From assembly GCA_963667015.2 (NCBI GenBank), contig CAXXJJ010000004.1, positions 4,032,001 to 4,096,000 of the forward strand: DNA of 64,000 bases, written 5' to 3'. A program made the translations under genes and the position numbers. The notes beneath the pieces are model-generated. The model ran no database searches. It worked only from the letters and a program-made list of their open reading frames with translations, and was not told where the DNA came from. Source of the DNA: Desulfatiglandales bacterium. Its GTDB lineage: Bacteria; Desulfobacterota; DSM-4660; Desulfatiglandales; HGW-15. Shown here one piece after another: positions 61,223 through 64,000 of the stretch (the first letter of the stretch is position 1; each line of letters starts with the position of its first letter).

Positions 61223-61258
61223 TGTCTGATCCTCCACGAATGTTGTTAACACTACATC

Positions 61259-61597
61259 CTAGTCATTCTGGCACATCATATATTCGGCCAGTGATTTAAG
61301 TTCATCATCAGAAAGGGCTTTGGTTTTTTCAAGGTATTTTTCCATGGTCTTGCTCTTCTCCTCATTTACAATGGCGGCGGACTTTCCCTGGAGATAGCTT
61401 ATCAGTTTTTCCCGGTCACCATTATAAACCGTTGCAATCTCCCTGAGGGATGGATATGCCTTCCCGGTATCGACCTTATGGCAGATCCCGCATTTCAGGG
61501 ATTTGAACACGGTCTTTTCATCATCGTCACCGGCCATTATATTTGAAGCGCAGAAAAACAGGATTACAAGGATAATCAGAACTGAATATTTTTTCAT
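61259..61597 (-). CDS. Periplasmic monoheme cytochrome c
   Basis: Signal peptide, CGICH, distal Met, LSDDELKSLAEY. Confidence 0.85.
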   Translation of the reverse strand: MKKYSVLIILVILFFCASNIMAGDDDEKTVFKSLKCGICHKVDTGKAYPSLREIATVYNGDREKLISYLQGKSAAIVNEEKSKTMEKYLEKTKALSDDELKSLAEYMMCQND

Positions 61598-61740
61598 TTT
61601 TTCCTCCTTAATATGTATCAATCAACTGCGTAGCTTTAGTAAGCAGTTCAAAGCAGGCATGATGATAACATAACAATGGTATAAAACAAAATAATTAGAT
61701 GCTTTATGATCAGGGGAAGTGACCGGGGACATCCTTCCCC

Positions 61741-62787
61741 TTAAAACCGGTACATATCTTTTTTCTCCTGATTTATATTGCCAAGCAATGCCGCCCCCAT
61801 ATCAAGAATGGATTTCTGGGAATCAATATATTCGCTGAGTCTTGCATGCTGAGAATTCGACAATATACCAATCGAAGATTCCAGGTATCCGTTCAGCAGA
61901 TCCTTTTGAAGCTCCACTCTTTTTTTCCGATTTTCACTGCTGAAAACCTTATCCTGAGGATTAGTTGACGCCTGGAACTCTTTTTGATTTTCATCGAGCC
62001 TTTGTTTCTCATTATGCATGGCAACAACCAGGTCATTTTCCTGCTGTATGTCAAGATTAATCCCTCCCGTGTATTCCATATTGTTTTTAAATTCGCTCAG
62101 GAAAAGCCTCTCCTCTTCGTACTTTGCGTATTCCCTGTATGCCTCAAATTGTTCAGGAGATAGAAGGCCACTGATTTTTTCATTATAGATGTTATTAACA
62201 TATTCCTCTTGCTGTTTAAGGTCTTCTCTTGTGATATTTCCCTTTTGTACTTCACCCAGCAGTGATGTGATATCAACGGTCTCCATCTGTTTTTCAACAA
62301 GCAGATCAACCAGTTCGTTCCTGGCTTCAGGAGAAAGATTGTATTCTTTTGCAAATGAATCATAAATAGAGCGAATTCTTTTTTCAGCCTGCCCTCGTAT
62401 CAGGCTTTCCATGGCAGGATTCATCTGCATCTCTGACGTCAGTTTTTCAAAAAACTCGCCAACCTGTTCTGATTGCGTGATATCATCTGTTTTTTCATCT
62501 GCCAGTTTTTTTTCAGGTGCATTTTTCTCTATAGGCGTAATAACCTTATCCTGATCTTTTTTATTTATGGTGATTTGAAACTTCTCAACGGTGTTTGTAA
62601 TATCCGTTTTCACTTCTGGCGAGGTATTTTCAACCAGTGAAATATCATTCTTTGTTTTAGTTAATGCATCGATATTTCGGTTCTGAATGATAACTGTCAC
62701 TATCAACCCAACAACGGCAATACAGAGTATAAGCTGAAAAATATTACCTTTTCTACTATTTGATTTATTTTCCATGGTTGGCTCCAT
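61741..62787 (-). CDS. Hypothetical membrane-anchored helical protein
   Basis: One N-terminal TM; LLSPEQ/ILSNSQ helical repeats. Confidence 0.7.
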   Translation of the reverse strand: MEPTMENKSNSRKGNIFQLILCIAVVGLIVTVIIQNRNIDALTKTKNDISLVENTSPEVKTDITNTVEKFQITINKKDQDKVITPIEKNAPEKKLADEKTDDITQSEQVGEFFEKLTSEMQMNPAMESLIRGQAEKRIRSIYDSFAKEYNLSPEARNELVDLLVEKQMETVDITSLLGEVQKGNITREDLKQQEEYVNNIYNEKISGLLSPEQFEAYREYAKYEEERLFLSEFKNNMEYTGGINLDIQQENDLVVAMHNEKQRLDENQKEFQASTNPQDKVFSSENRKKRVELQKDLLNGYLESSIGILSNSQHARLSEYIDSQKSILDMGAALLGNINQEKKDMYRF

Positions 62788-62810
62788 AATTTTCGATTAA
62801 AAAAAGATTT

Positions 62811-63461
62811 TTATAGATCCCTTTTCGAGTATATTTGTGTCGATATTTTGATAGATACAACAAATAATAAAATTGCTATACCTGATAGTAGAGAAGAAGT
62901 GAGAACATCCGTGAATGAAAAATTCCTTATTTTTTCAACCAGTCCGGGAATTTTAGATACCGCGAAGAAAAAAATGAAAAAGGTTGCCGCAAACCCGAGA
63001 GTCAGGCCAATCGTTGCCTTTGTTGCTCCATATTTAAAATAAAACGGGAAAGAAAATGATGCCAGTATGGATATAAGTAACAAAGCTAAAGCAAAATATC
63101 CCGGAGGGAGCTGTAACTTTAACATACCCGCAAGCTTGAATACCAAATTACTTGAGTAGGCCAATAGCAGATGAACAGCCATTAATACAACTATTCCAAA
63201 GTATCGTGACAGCACAATATCCTTGCGTCGGACCGGCAGAGATCCAAAGAATCCTGCTGTTCGGTATTTTTCTTCCAGGATGAAAATATTACTGCTGTAA
63301 AAATGGATAAGAAGAAGTAAATAAAACAGGGTAAAAAGCGTCCATGCAGGGGCGACAGGAGATATGGCTGTTAATGGTATAAATATAACAACTCCTATTC
63401 CTTTTTCAGTCCACAGGGCATAGAAATCCTTACGTATGAGGTTTGTTATATTACCTGCCAT
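62811..63461 (-). CDS. ABC-2 type transporter permease
   Basis: LIRKDF, SLPVRRKDIVLSRY, multiple TMs, YSKRDL. Confidence 0.85.
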   Translation of the reverse strand: MAGNITNLIRKDFYALWTEKGIGVVIFIPLTAISPVAPAWTLFTLFYLLLLIHFYSSNIFILEEKYRTAGFFGSLPVRRKDIVLSRYFGIVVLMAVHLLLAYSSNLVFKLAGMLKLQLPPGYFALALLLISILASFSFPFYFKYGATKATIGLTLGFAATFFIFFFAVSKIPGLVEKIRNFSFTDVLTSSLLSGIAILLFVVSIKISTQIYSKRDL

Positions 63462-64000
63462 TTTCTGCTCCTTTCACGCTGTAAACCATAATGTCTTCAA
63501 GGTTTGCCTTCTCTACTATTGCATTATCACCCATCAGTGCAGTCAAATCCCCGGCTGAACCTGTCAGAGCCTCAAATCCAGTCCTCATTTCCCTGACTCC
63601 GATACACAGTTCACGCCCCTGTTCATTAAGGAGTTCCAGCGGGCCTTTTACAATCCGGTATTTATCCAGGAGATCATCCCTGGACTCAGAGAAAACAATC
63701 TTCCCGTCCTCAATAAAGGTTATGTAGTCTGCTATCTTTTCAAGGTCTGTGGTAATGTGAGTGGAAAAGAATACGGATCTGCTTTCATCCTGAATTATTT
63801 CATAGAGGATATCTATCAATTCACTCCGGAAGACAGGGTCAAGACCGCTGGTCGGTTCATCCATGATCAAAAGCTCTGCGTTGTGTGATAGTGCGAGAGC
63901 AAGTGAGAGCTTGGTTTTTTGCCCATGGGATAATGTCTCTGTCTTCTGCTCAGGGTCCAGTCCGAATTTTTTTATGAACCTGTTGAACTCCTCATTGTTC
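63451..64000 (-). CDS. ABC transporter ATP-binding protein (5' end outside the window)
   Basis: LSHGQ signature, IMDEPTSGLDP, FSTHITTDLEKIADY. Confidence 0.9.
   Translation of the reverse strand, partial: NNEEFNRFIKKFGLDPEQKTETLSHGQKTKLSLALALSHNAELLIMDEPTSGLDPVFRSELIDILYEIIQDESRSVFFSTHITTDLEKIADYITFIEDGKIVFSESRDDLLDKYRIVKGPLELLNEQGRELCIGVREMRTGFEALTGSAGDLTALMGDNAIVEKANLEDIMVYSVKGAENGR

Overview
Chromosomal window of an anaerobic bacterium, most likely a Desulfobacterota member (inferred from gene content). 1-5.9 kb is the end of a Wood-Ljungdahl CODH/ACS operon (cooS 3' end, acsB, acsC, acsE) followed by mrp/apbC. About 6-29 kb is an accessory/defence island with no integrase. It carries an AAA-DUF4143 ATPase between ~108-bp direct repeats and a Fic gene. 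It also holds a tightly coupled operon of radC, a two-subunit R-M system and a DGQHR + deoxyribosyltransferase-like fusion, followed by a GIY-YIG-RAMA nuclease and an oversized dGTPase. Next come modules bounded by a repeated GGGGATGCCCATAAGTTYATAAGTT motif, including two paralogous ParB-linked DNA methyltransferase genes. Both are interrupted at the loop of the same intragenic palindrome, one by an IS1182-like element and one by its 150-bp MITE. An XRE-ImmA/IrrE + PIN pair closes the island. 29-64 kb is mostly housekeeping and accessory metabolism: Ser/Thr kinase and PP2C, rlmE-yebC-ruvCAB, a glycosyl-glycerate compatible-solute cluster (first gene apparently starting at ATT), nfeD-flotillin, efp-epmA, regulators, ABC transporters and a few gene remnants. 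No rRNA, tRNA or CRISPR array was seen. All product calls come from motifs recognised by eye; no database search was run.
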